36,912 nt of DNA from Mollicutes bacterium (GTDB lineage Bacteria; Bacillota_I; Bacilli_A; RF39; UBA660). The notes under the pieces were generated by a model that saw only the letters and a program-made list of their open reading frames with translations, was not told the origin of the DNA and did not search any database. This document shows, one piece after another, positions 9,337 to 17,748 of this stretch; position 1 is the stretch's first letter, and every line of letters starts with the position of its first letter. Position numbers and translations under genes: made by a program. The stretch spans positions 1-36,912 of the forward strand of contig DUPI01000053.1 in NCBI GenBank assembly GCA_012838395.1, in the 5' to 3' direction.

Positions 9337-11421
9337 ATGAAAAATAAAAGGTTAGTTATAATTATAATAGTTTCATTGTTAGTGCTATTATTAGGCGGAT
9401 ATTATTTTATTACAAAAGAAGATAAAGCAACAACCCTTAATTTAATAGAAAAACAATGGATCGAAAATAATAAAAATACAGTTATGGATATTGGGGTTAT
9501 TAACAATGTTCCCATTTTTAATTATAATGGGGCTGGTGTTTTTTTTGATTTTTTAGAAAATTTAGAAAGAACAACAGGGTTAGAACTCAATAAAGTATCT
9601 TTTCAATATAACGATAAAATCGAATTGGATTATGCTTTTAATATTGTTGATAAAGCATCAGAAAATGATATTTTAATCTATTGTGATAACTATGTAATTG
9701 TTACAAATTCTAAACAAAAATATATTGACGTAAATGAAATTAAAGGATTAACTATAGGTGTTTTAACTTCTGATTTAGAGCAAGTTAGTACCTATTTGAA
9801 AAATGGTAGCGGTAATGTTTTTAAAGTCTATGATTCTGTCGAAAAAATGTTTACGGATATTATTAAACCAGAAGTTAAGACTGATGAAGCAGATGAACTT
9901 AATCCGATTAATGCTTTAGTTGTTCCTAAAACTTTATATTTAAACAAAATTCTTGAAAATGAAAATTTACATATGGCCTATAATATTACAGAATTAAGTA
10001 AAGATTATGTAATTACATTAGGTGAAAAAGATAAATTAAATAATATTTTAGTTAAATATTATGATAAGTGGTCAGCTGAAAACTATCAAAAGAGTTATAG
10101 TAGTCACTTAAATGATACATATTTTAGTTTTAAAATGATTAATGAAAAGGATATTGTTAATTTTAGAAGTAAACAATATAAATATGGATTTGTTGAAAAC
10201 GCACCATACGATACTATAATTAATAAAAAACTATTAGGTTACAACAGTGCATTTTTAAAAGAATTTGCTAAAGTTTCTAATATAGAAATTCTTTATGAAG
10301 ATTATTCAAACAATAAGTCTTTAGTTGAAGCTTTTAATAGTAATAAAATTGATTTAATGTTAGAAAATAATACTAATAATGAATATAAAATGGATGTCTA
10401 TGAGACAATTCCATTTTATAATAATAAATTAGTAGTTATTTCAAATATAAGTAACAATCTAGTTATTAACTCATTAAATTCGTTATCAGATGTTGAGCTA
10501 ATGACGATTGGTAACAGTGAAGTTTCAAATTATTTACTTAAAAACAATTTAAAACTTAAAAGTTACGATAATATTTCAAAATTGGTTAAGAATATTAAAA
10601 AGAATTCAATTATTGTAATTGATAAAGAAATGTATACTTTTTACAGCAATAGTAGTTTCAAAAATCATAAAATTTATTATGAAGAAGATCTACCTAATGA
10701 CTACGGATTAGTTATTAGAGATATCAAAGAAAACAAAATTTTTGCAAACTATTTAGACTTCTATTTATCATTTGCTTGTAATAAGAGTATTATCAATAAT
10801 AGTTATTATGCTTTATTTAATATTGATAAAAAACCAATTATTTTAAAAACTATAATTATTGGATTTTCAGCTTTAATTATTATTGTATCCACAATATTAA
10901 TAAGCAAAACACTTAAAAAAAATAAAGATAACAAAATCGTTAAAGTTGTTACCAAAGAAAATAAAATCAAATATATTGATCAGTTAACATCACTTAAAAA
11001 TAGAACTTATCTAAATGATAATCTTGAAGCATGGGATAATAGTGAAGTTTATCCCCAAGCTATTGTTGTTATTGATTTGAATAATCTCGCATACATTAAT
11101 GATAACTACGGACACGTAGAAGGTGACAAAGTTATCAAGGAAGCGGCTAACATTTTGATTTTAAATCAAATTGAAAACAGCGAAATTATTCGTACGAGTG
11201 GTAATGAGTTTTTAATTTATTTAGTAGGTCATGATGAAAAAAGTGTTATTTCACATATTCGCAAATTAAATAAAGAATTTAAAACATTAGCTCATAATTT
11301 TGGTGCTGCAATTGGTTATAGTATGATTGTAGATGGAATTAAAACTATTGACGACGCCATTAATGAAGCTACACTTGATATGCGCGATAATAAAGAAATA
11401 CAGGAAAGTGAAGGCAAGTAA
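9337..11421 (+). CDS. membrane receptor: two extracytoplasmic SBP type-3-like (PBPb) repeats, a TM helix and a degenerate GGDEF domain (SGNEF)
   Basis: 694 aa. TM1 is VIIIIVSLLVLLLGGYYF. Two repeats follow the LxxxEKxWI ... G(Y/V) ... IDL pattern. TM2 is around residue 500-525. C-terminal LTSLKNR...INDNYGHVEGDKVIKE...RTSGNEFLIY...AIGYS is a GGDEF fold. Confidence 0.8.
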   Translation: MKNKRLVIIIIVSLLVLLLGGYYFITKEDKATTLNLIEKQWIENNKNTVMDIGVINNVPIFNYNGAGVFFDFLENLERTTGLELNKVSFQYNDKIELDYAFNIVDKASENDILIYCDNYVIVTNSKQKYIDVNEIKGLTIGVLTSDLEQVSTYLKNGSGNVFKVYDSVEKMFTDIIKPEVKTDEADELNPINALVVPKTLYLNKILENENLHMAYNITELSKDYVITLGEKDKLNNILVKYYDKWSAENYQKSYSSHLNDTYFSFKMINEKDIVNFRSKQYKYGFVENAPYDTIINKKLLGYNSAFLKEFAKVSNIEILYEDYSNNKSLVEAFNSNKIDLMLENNTNNEYKMDVYETIPFYNNKLVVISNISNNLVINSLNSLSDVELMTIGNSEVSNYLLKNNLKLKSYDNISKLVKNIKKNSIIVIDKEMYTFYSNSSFKNHKIYYEEDLPNDYGLVIRDIKENKIFANYLDFYLSFACNKSIINNSYYALFNIDKKPIILKTIIIGFSALIIIVSTILISKTLKKNKDNKIVKVVTKENKIKYIDQLTSLKNRTYLNDNLEAWDNSEVYPQAIVVIDLNNLAYINDNYGHVEGDKVIKEAANILILNQIENSEIIRTSGNEFLIYLVGHDEKSVISHIRKLNKEFKTLAHNFGAAIGYSMIVDGIKTIDDAINEATLDMRDNKEIQESEGK

Positions 11422-11440
11422 ATTGATTAGGATGATAAAT

Positions 11441-12271
11441 ATGTCAACCATTAAAAAAAATGTTTCAACTATAATAAATATGATAAAAAAACCAGAAATG
11501 GAAATATTACCTGGACATGTAGCATTTTCATTGGTAATTTCAGTTGCGCCAATTTTAACAATATTTGTCTTGGCAGCATCAACCTTATCTATTTCGGTTG
11601 AATCACTTATTAATTTTATGCTTAAAACTTTTCCCAAAGATGTTAGTGACTTATTAATCCCTTTTGTTAGTGGTACAGGATTTGATATAAACGTAGGAAT
11701 ATCATTAATCGTTGGTTTGTTAATTGCTTCTAACGGTTTGTACTCCGTAGTTACCACATCGAACACTCTTTATAAAAAGGGGAGTTCGACAAGTTTAAGA
11801 AGAAGAATAAAATCTTTAGTTTTAACATTGTTATTAGTTTTCCTGTTTGTTTTTATTTTACTTGTATTAGCATTCGGCAATAACATTGTAAAACTAGTCT
11901 TAACATTTTTTGTTGATCAAAATGTTATAAAAATAATCTATCAATTTTTTGTATTACTCAAATGGCCGATTGGCTTTATTGCAATCTTTTTTACAATCAA
12001 TCTAATCTATGCCCTTGCTCCAGATTCTCCTGTATCAAGTAAATATACCAGAAAGGGTGCTCTTTTTACAACCTTTGCTTGGATGATTGTAACCGCAATA
12101 TATTCTTATTATGTTAGTAATGTGGCTAGGTATGATGTTTTTTATGGCAGTTTATCAAGTATTATGATTATGATGATTTGGATTTATATTTTGTCATACA
12201 TTTTCGTTCTTGGAATCGCTCTAAATGCAAGGCGATATGAAGCGGAAAAAAATACCAGCAATAATATTTAA
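11441..12271 (+). CDS. YihY/BrkB-family integral membrane protein
   Basis: About 276 aa from the ATG at 11441; the track start at 11333 lies inside the upstream gene. Multi-pass membrane protein with the N-terminal pattern typical of the family (PGHVAFSLVISVAPILTIF). Confidence 0.7.
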   Translation: MSTIKKNVSTIINMIKKPEMEILPGHVAFSLVISVAPILTIFVLAASTLSISVESLINFMLKTFPKDVSDLLIPFVSGTGFDINVGISLIVGLLIASNGLYSVVTTSNTLYKKGSSTSLRRRIKSLVLTLLLVFLFVFILLVLAFGNNIVKLVLTFFVDQNVIKIIYQFFVLLKWPIGFIAIFFTINLIYALAPDSPVSSKYTRKGALFTTFAWMIVTAIYSYYVSNVARYDVFYGSLSSIMIMMIWIYILSYIFVLGIALNARRYEAEKNTSNNI

Positions 12272-12394
12272 AAATAGTAGATACTAATAATGGTATCAAT
12301 TAATTACCGATTGATATTAAATACAAGCTACAAATGCTTATTTTATAAGCATAAAATCAAGGTAATAAAATGATTAATGGATTGGCCATTTTAA

Positions 12395-12420
12395 AGAGCG
12401 ATTTTATCGCTTTTTGATTT
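12395..12420 (+). terminator. rho-independent terminator after the yihY-like gene
   Basis: AGCGAT-TTT-ATCGCT stem-loop followed by TTTTTGATTT. Confidence 0.6.
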
Positions 12421-12447
12421 GAAAAAAAAACAAAAAAGTGCTATACT
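12419..12447 (+). promoter_or_regulatory. sigma-A-type promoter for ltaS
   Basis: TTGAAA (12419-12424), 17-nt spacer, TATACT (12442-12447). GAGGTGG SD precedes the ATG at 12474. Confidence 0.5.
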
Positions 12448-12473
12448 TATTTAGTATATAACGAGGTGGAAAA

Positions 12474-14498
12474 ATGCAAGATTTTTTGAAAAAATTTAAA
12501 AGAGGAGCGAAGACATATCTTAATACTAATATTTTATTTATGTCGTTTGTCCTTAGTTCAGTATTCAATAGTTGGTTACTAAGATTATTTACTGTTAAAA
12601 ATTATTTTGAATTAAAACCGTTATTAGCCGATTTTGCTGTGTGTTTAATAATTGGTTCTTTTGGTTACTTTCTAAAACCTAAAAGTCAATTCAAGTATTT
12701 TTTTGGTTGGTCAATCTTTTTTACCATCCTATGTATTATTAACTCAATATATTATACTAATTATATTTCTTTTGCATCAATCTCGCTTTTATCAACAACT
12801 TTACAATTATTTGATGTAGCGGATGCTGTTGTTGAAAATATCTTAGAAATAAAAGACTTTTTCTACCTGTGGCAACCACTTGCTTTGTTTTATATTAATT
12901 TAAATTTAAAAAAGAATAATTATTTTGAAAAAGTAGAAAAAATTGAAGTTGGTAAAATAAGAGCTTTAAATACTTTAGTTGCAGCTTTAATTGTTATTGG
13001 ATTCTTTGTTTCAATGTTAACTGGATTAGATATTGGTCGATTAGGAAAACAATGGAATCGTGAGTTTATTGTTATGAAGTTTGGACTTTACACCTATCAA
13101 GTTAATGATATAATTAGCACTATAAAACCACAGTTGAATCCTTTGTTCGGCTATGATGAAAATGCCAAAATATTCAGAGAATATTATGAGGAGAGAGTTG
13201 ATCTAACTACCCAAAATAAATATACGGATATTTTTAAAGGTCAAAACATTCTTGCTATTCATGCTGAAAGTATTCAACAAATAGTTGTTGATTTAAAATT
13301 TAATGGAGTTGAATTAACCCCTAATTTAAATAAATTATCTAAAGAAGGATTATATTTTTCCAATTTCTATGCTCAAGAAGGAGTTGGAACCAGTAGTGAT
13401 AGTGAATTCACTCTTAATACTTCGTTAATGCCAACAAGTAGTGGAACAGTTTTTGTAAATTATTGGAATCGGGAATATGTTACAATTCCTAAACTGTTAA
13501 AAGAATTGGGCTATTACTCATTTAGTATGCATGGTAATAATGGAACATATTGGAATCGTAATGTAGTTCATAAAGAGTTTGGGTATGATCGTTTTTACTA
13601 CCATGAAAAAGATTTTGAAATAGATGAAGTAATTGGTCTTGGACTTAGTGACAAATCATTTTTTAGGCAAGCAGTACCCAAAATAAAAGGAATAAGTGAA
13701 AATAATAGCAATTTTTACGGAACAATGATTATGTTAACTAATCACACCCCTTTTTCCGATATTATTAGAAAAGGTTTAGTTGATTTTGAAGTAGATTTTA
13801 AATATAAAAAGTTAAATGAGGAAACAAATAAAAAGGAAACAGTATCAGCTCCATACCTTGAAAACACTAAGATAGGTAATTACTTTAAATCAGTTCATTA
13901 TGCTGATGATGCAATTGGCCAGTTTATAAATGATTTAGACGAGGCAGGAGTATTAGAAAATACTGTTATTGTTATATATGGTGATCATGATGCGAAACTA
14001 AAGAAAAACGAATATGATCGATTTTATAATTATGACCCTTATACCGATAGTTTACTTAGTGAAGATGATCCTGATTATCGCGTAATTGATGCTTATGAAT
14101 TAGAAATAAATAAAAAAGTACCATTAATAATTTGGTCGAAAAACAAAAAATTAGCTACTGAAGTAACAGAAGTTATGGGAATGTATGACATCGCCCCAAC
14201 TTTAGGAAATATGTTTGGATTTAAAAATCCATATGCTTTAGGAAATGATATTTTTAGTATTTCTAATAATATGGTTGTCTTTCCTGATGGGAATTGGATC
14301 ACAAACAAAATGTATTATAATAGCCAGAAAAATGAAGGGAAATTATTAGATCCTAACGAACCCGTTAGTTTTGAAGAAATTGCCTCATACACTGAAAGGG
14401 CTGAGGAAATTTTAAAAGTTTCAGATTCTATTATTGTTTATGATTTAATAAGAAAAACTAAAGAAACAACACAATTAATGGAAGGAGTTGGGCAATAG
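12474..14498 (+). CDS. ltaS: lipoteichoic acid synthase family protein (polytopic N-terminus plus sulfatase-fold domain)
   Basis: 674 aa with about five N-terminal TM helices. GTSSDSEF (catalytic Thr region), MHGNNGTYWNR, NHTPF and IYGDHD. Confidence 0.9.
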   Translation: MQDFLKKFKRGAKTYLNTNILFMSFVLSSVFNSWLLRLFTVKNYFELKPLLADFAVCLIIGSFGYFLKPKSQFKYFFGWSIFFTILCIINSIYYTNYISFASISLLSTTLQLFDVADAVVENILEIKDFFYLWQPLALFYINLNLKKNNYFEKVEKIEVGKIRALNTLVAALIVIGFFVSMLTGLDIGRLGKQWNREFIVMKFGLYTYQVNDIISTIKPQLNPLFGYDENAKIFREYYEERVDLTTQNKYTDIFKGQNILAIHAESIQQIVVDLKFNGVELTPNLNKLSKEGLYFSNFYAQEGVGTSSDSEFTLNTSLMPTSSGTVFVNYWNREYVTIPKLLKELGYYSFSMHGNNGTYWNRNVVHKEFGYDRFYYHEKDFEIDEVIGLGLSDKSFFRQAVPKIKGISENNSNFYGTMIMLTNHTPFSDIIRKGLVDFEVDFKYKKLNEETNKKETVSAPYLENTKIGNYFKSVHYADDAIGQFINDLDEAGVLENTVIVIYGDHDAKLKKNEYDRFYNYDPYTDSLLSEDDPDYRVIDAYELEINKKVPLIIWSKNKKLATEVTEVMGMYDIAPTLGNMFGFKNPYALGNDIFSISNNMVVFPDGNWITNKMYYNSQKNEGKLLDPNEPVSFEEIASYTERAEEILKVSDSIIVYDLIRKTKETTQLMEGVGQ

Positions 14499-15116
14499 AT
14501 GAAAAAGCGCAAACTAAGTAGAAAAAAAATTTTGCTATTTATTGTAATTATTATTGGGGTCGGGGGAGTAATATTTTTGGCAAAAAGTTTTACTAAACCC
14601 AAAGCTAGTTTTAAAAAACCCAAAGTAATTAGTGAAATAAATGGTTATGAATTAAAAGAAGGAGCTAGTTCTTATTATAAAAATCTCTTTAATGATCTTA
14701 AAACGGAATTAAGCAAAGATGAAGTGGATGAAGAGAATTATGCTATAATTATTAGCCAATTGTTTATTAGTGATTGTTTTACTTTAGCTAATAAAGTTAG
14801 CAATACTGATGTTGGTGGTATACAATTTGTCCATGAACCTTTTCAAGATGATTTTGTTTTGATTGCTAAAGAAACACTTTATAGTCACGTTGAAAACAAC
14901 ATTTACGGTAATCGTAAACAAGAACTCCCTATTGTTAGAGAGGTTACCATTACGTCTATCGAAACAAAAAAATATGAATATTTAGGTAAAGAAGATAATA
15001 ATGCTTATTTTGTTAAAACTAATATCGAATATACTAAAGATCTGGGCTATCCTAAAGAAGCATCATTGATAATTATTCATAATGATAGTAAATTAGAAAT
15101 CGCAGAACTAGAGTAA
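14499..15116 (+). CDS. membrane-anchored hypothetical protein
   Basis: 205 aa. The ATG directly abuts the ltaS TAG (TAGATG). N-terminal KR-rich segment plus one TM helix (ILLFIVIIIGVGGVIFLA). No recognised motif. Confidence 0.7.
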   Translation: MKKRKLSRKKILLFIVIIIGVGGVIFLAKSFTKPKASFKKPKVISEINGYELKEGASSYYKNLFNDLKTELSKDEVDEENYAIIISQLFISDCFTLANKVSNTDVGGIQFVHEPFQDDFVLIAKETLYSHVENNIYGNRKQELPIVREVTITSIETKKYEYLGKEDNNAYFVKTNIEYTKDLGYPKEASLIIIHNDSKLEIAELE

Positions 15117-15121
15117 ATATT

Positions 15122-15150
15122 AAACCTTCTATTGTAATAATAGAAGGTTT
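15122..15150 (+). terminator. 12-bp perfect hairpin, terminator-like but without a real U-tract
   Basis: AAACCTTCTATT - GTAAT - AATAGAAGGTTT, followed by AGCAGT. Confidence 0.4.
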
Positions 15151-15169
15151 AGCAGTATGGAGGTAATTT

Positions 15170-15988
15170 ATGAGATTAGCAGTTTTAAGTGATATACACG
15201 GCAATTTAACTGCCTTAAAAAGGTGTTTTGAATTAATTGATCATTCAAATATAGATGGTCTTGTTTTTTGTGGTGATTATATCAGTGACATACCACAGAG
15301 TAAAGAAGTTTTAGAATATATAAAAATCAAAAGTAAACAATATAAGACGTGGATTGTTCGAGGAAATCGTGAGGATTATCTTATTGATTATCACGAATCA
15401 CCAGAAAAAAAATGGACCATGGAATCTAATAATGCAGCTATACTAGTAGCTTATCAATCCTTAACTGAAGATGATATTAATGATTTAAAACAAATTAAAA
15501 GATACGAGGTTATTGATATTCCTAATACTGATAAAATATATGTTACCCATAAGTATCGGGATATCAAATACAATGATAAGTTCGATTATAAATATGTTAT
15601 TTTTGGTCATGAGCATAATCAATTGTTTTTTTCTAGAAAGGGAATTCGTTTTTTTAATCCTGGTTCTGCTGGATTGCCAACTGACGGATTTCCAGGTACG
15701 AGTTTATTAATACTTGAATATAAAAATAATGTTTGGTGTCCTGAATTTTATCATTTAGAATATGATTTATCCATTCCCATTAATATCATAAAAAATAGTA
15801 ATATTAATAATGAAACAATTAGATGGGGTGACATGATCATTAGAACTTTAAAAACGGGTAATGATTGTACAGGTTTATATGTTAAAGAAGTTCAAAGAAT
15901 TGCTGCAAGCCAAGGATTATCAACGGTACTAGAAGAGATTCCTTACGATATATGGACTTTAGCTCGCCAAAATTTAAATATGGAATAG
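15170..15988 (+). CDS. metallophosphoesterase family protein
   Basis: 272 aa. SDIHGN, CGDYISD, GNRED (Arg where the GNHE His usually sits), THKY and FGHEHN. Confidence 0.8.
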   Translation: MRLAVLSDIHGNLTALKRCFELIDHSNIDGLVFCGDYISDIPQSKEVLEYIKIKSKQYKTWIVRGNREDYLIDYHESPEKKWTMESNNAAILVAYQSLTEDDINDLKQIKRYEVIDIPNTDKIYVTHKYRDIKYNDKFDYKYVIFGHEHNQLFFSRKGIRFFNPGSAGLPTDGFPGTSLLILEYKNNVWCPEFYHLEYDLSIPINIIKNSNINNETIRWGDMIIRTLKTGNDCTGLYVKEVQRIAASQGLSTVLEEIPYDIWTLARQNLNME

Positions 15989-16000
15989 TGTTAAGAGGTG

Positions 16001-16156
16001 ATGTTTATATCTTATTATGAAACAGATGATTGGGTAGAAGGCAATAATAAATATTATAGAGGATATGCTATTCAATTATTATCGTATTTTCACAAAGAAG
16101 AAAATAAAGTTTTAAAAAAACAATTTGAAAAAACTAAAACTAATTATTATAAATAA
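16001..16156 (+). CDS. possible 51-aa small ORF (hypothetical)
   Basis: MFISYYETDDWVEGNNKYYRGYAIQLLSYFHKEENKVLKKQFEKTKTNYYK. The AGAGGTG box is essentially adjacent to the ATG, which is poor spacing. The only support is an open frame in an otherwise 238-nt gap. Confidence 0.2.
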   Translation: MFISYYETDDWVEGNNKYYRGYAIQLLSYFHKEENKVLKKQFEKTKTNYYK

Positions 16157-16226
16157 ATACGATGATGTAACAGTTGAAGAAAAGTTTAAAATATATTATA
16201 ATGATATAAGATAGTGAGGCAGAGTT

Positions 16227-16955
16227 ATGGATGGAAACTTAAAAATTCCTAATCATATTGGTATTATTGTTGATGGAAATGGCAGATGGGCTCAAAATAA
16301 AGGGCTATCTCGTTGTGAAGGACACAAAGCAGGAGCTAAGAACTTAAAGAAAATAATTAGATATGCCTTTTCAAGAGGGGTAAAGGTTTTAAGTATATAT
16401 GTGTTTTCAACCGAGAATTTTAAACGAAGCGATGAAGAAGTAAATTATTTAATGGATTTATTTGTTCAAAGTTTTAAAAATGAATTTGCTAAATTAAAAG
16501 AAGAAAATGTAAAAATTGTTTTTTCAGGGAGAAAAAAGCCCTTACCTAACAAAGTATTAAAAACAATGGATAAGTTAATTTTAGATACTCAAAATAATAC
16601 TGGATATACATTAAATATTTGTTTAAATTATGGTGGACATGCAGAAATTATCGATGCTGTAAAAAAGATAAGCAGTGATGTAAAAGATAATTTACTATCA
16701 ATTGATTTAATAGATGAAAAAATCTTTAATAAATATTTATATAATGATTTACCACCACTAGATTTTTTAATAAGAACTAGCGGGGAATTACGTTTGAGTA
16801 ATTTTATGTTATGGCAATCATCATATGCTGAATTATATTTCCCCAAAATTTATTTTCCAGATTTTAATAACGAGGCATTTGAAGAATCATTAATTGAATA
16901 TAATGTTCGAGAACGTAGATTTGGAGGTATTAAATATGAAAACAAGAATCACTAG
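16227..16955 (+). CDS. uppS: isoprenyl transferase (undecaprenyl-diphosphate synthase)
   Basis: 242 aa. IIVDGNGRWA and RTSGELRLSNFMLWQSSYAELYF. Confidence 0.95.
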   Translation: MDGNLKIPNHIGIIVDGNGRWAQNKGLSRCEGHKAGAKNLKKIIRYAFSRGVKVLSIYVFSTENFKRSDEEVNYLMDLFVQSFKNEFAKLKEENVKIVFSGRKKPLPNKVLKTMDKLILDTQNNTGYTLNICLNYGGHAEIIDAVKKISSDVKDNLLSIDLIDEKIFNKYLYNDLPPLDFLIRTSGELRLSNFMLWQSSYAELYFPKIYFPDFNNEAFEESLIEYNVRERRFGGIKYENKNH

Positions 16956-17736
16956 TGCAATAGTTGCTCTTTTAATCATTGTACCAATCTTGTTATATGG
17001 TGGAAGTATTTATAACTTAACCATTTATATAATATCATTGTTTGGATTAAAGGAATTTATAGATATTAAGGAATCTAAAAGAAAAACACCGGATTTTATC
17101 AAATTTATTTCATATATTATAATGACTTTAATTGTTATCGGTAGTCCCCAATCAAATGAGTTAGTTTTTTCTATGGATTATCGTATTATTGCAGGACTTT
17201 TTATGGTTTATTTATTACCGACAGTCTTATATCATGATAGTACAAAGTATAATATTAATGATGCACTATATTTAATTGGGGGAATGTTCTTTTTGGGAAT
17301 GTCATTTCATTTACTTATAGTACTACGTCACAATCTTTTTGATTTAATTATTTATTTATTTTTAATTACCATTATGACTGATACTTTTGCTTATTTTACT
17401 GGCTATTTTATTGGCCGCAATAAATTATTAGAAGACATTTCTCCTAAAAAAACTTGGGAAGGATTAATCGGAGGAACGATTATGGGGGTTTTTACTAGTT
17501 CTGTTTTTTATCTAACAGTAATTAACCCAAATATTGATATAACAACATTGTTAATAGCAACCACCTTTTTATCGCTAGTTGGACAATATGGTGATTTAGT
17601 TTTTTCAGGTATTAAAAGGTATTATAAGAAAAAAGATTTTGCTAACATTATGCCAGGCCACGGTGGAATCTTAGATAGATTAGATAGTATTATTTTTGTT
17701 GTTTTAGGTTATATGTTCTTTATATCAATATTATAG
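16936..17736 (+). CDS. cdsA: phosphatidate cytidylyltransferase
   Basis: GGAGG SD 8 nt before the ATG at 16936; the track start at 16894 lies inside uppS. ISPKKTWEG and PGHGGILDRLDS. Confidence 0.9.
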   Translation: MKTRITSAIVALLIIVPILLYGGSIYNLTIYIISLFGLKEFIDIKESKRKTPDFIKFISYIIMTLIVIGSPQSNELVFSMDYRIIAGLFMVYLLPTVLYHDSTKYNINDALYLIGGMFFLGMSFHLLIVLRHNLFDLIIYLFLITIMTDTFAYFTGYFIGRNKLLEDISPKKTWEGLIGGTIMGVFTSSVFYLTVINPNIDITTLLIATTFLSLVGQYGDLVFSGIKRYYKKKDFANIMPGHGGILDRLDSIIFVVLGYMFFISIL

Positions 17737-17748
17737 AAAGAGGTATAT

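Noticed and set aside
11287-11766. 159-aa minus-strand ORF spanning the GGDEF/yihY junction. This is unusually long for an antisense frame in AT-rich DNA.
   Set aside because: It lies entirely antisense to two well-supported genes. It has no SD and a low-complexity hydrophobic composition that mirrors the sense-strand membrane protein. It is a typical shadow ORF.
12290-12395. Palindromes TATCAA...TTGATA and ATGCTTAT-TTT-ATAAGCAT (12334-12352), plus a 14-codon ORF in the 200-nt gap upstream of ltaS. I considered a riboswitch or small RNA.
   Set aside because: There are no conserved riboswitch core motifs. The hairpins lack U-tracts. The mini-ORF has only a weak AAGG. The gap is adequately explained by a terminator plus the ltaS promoter.
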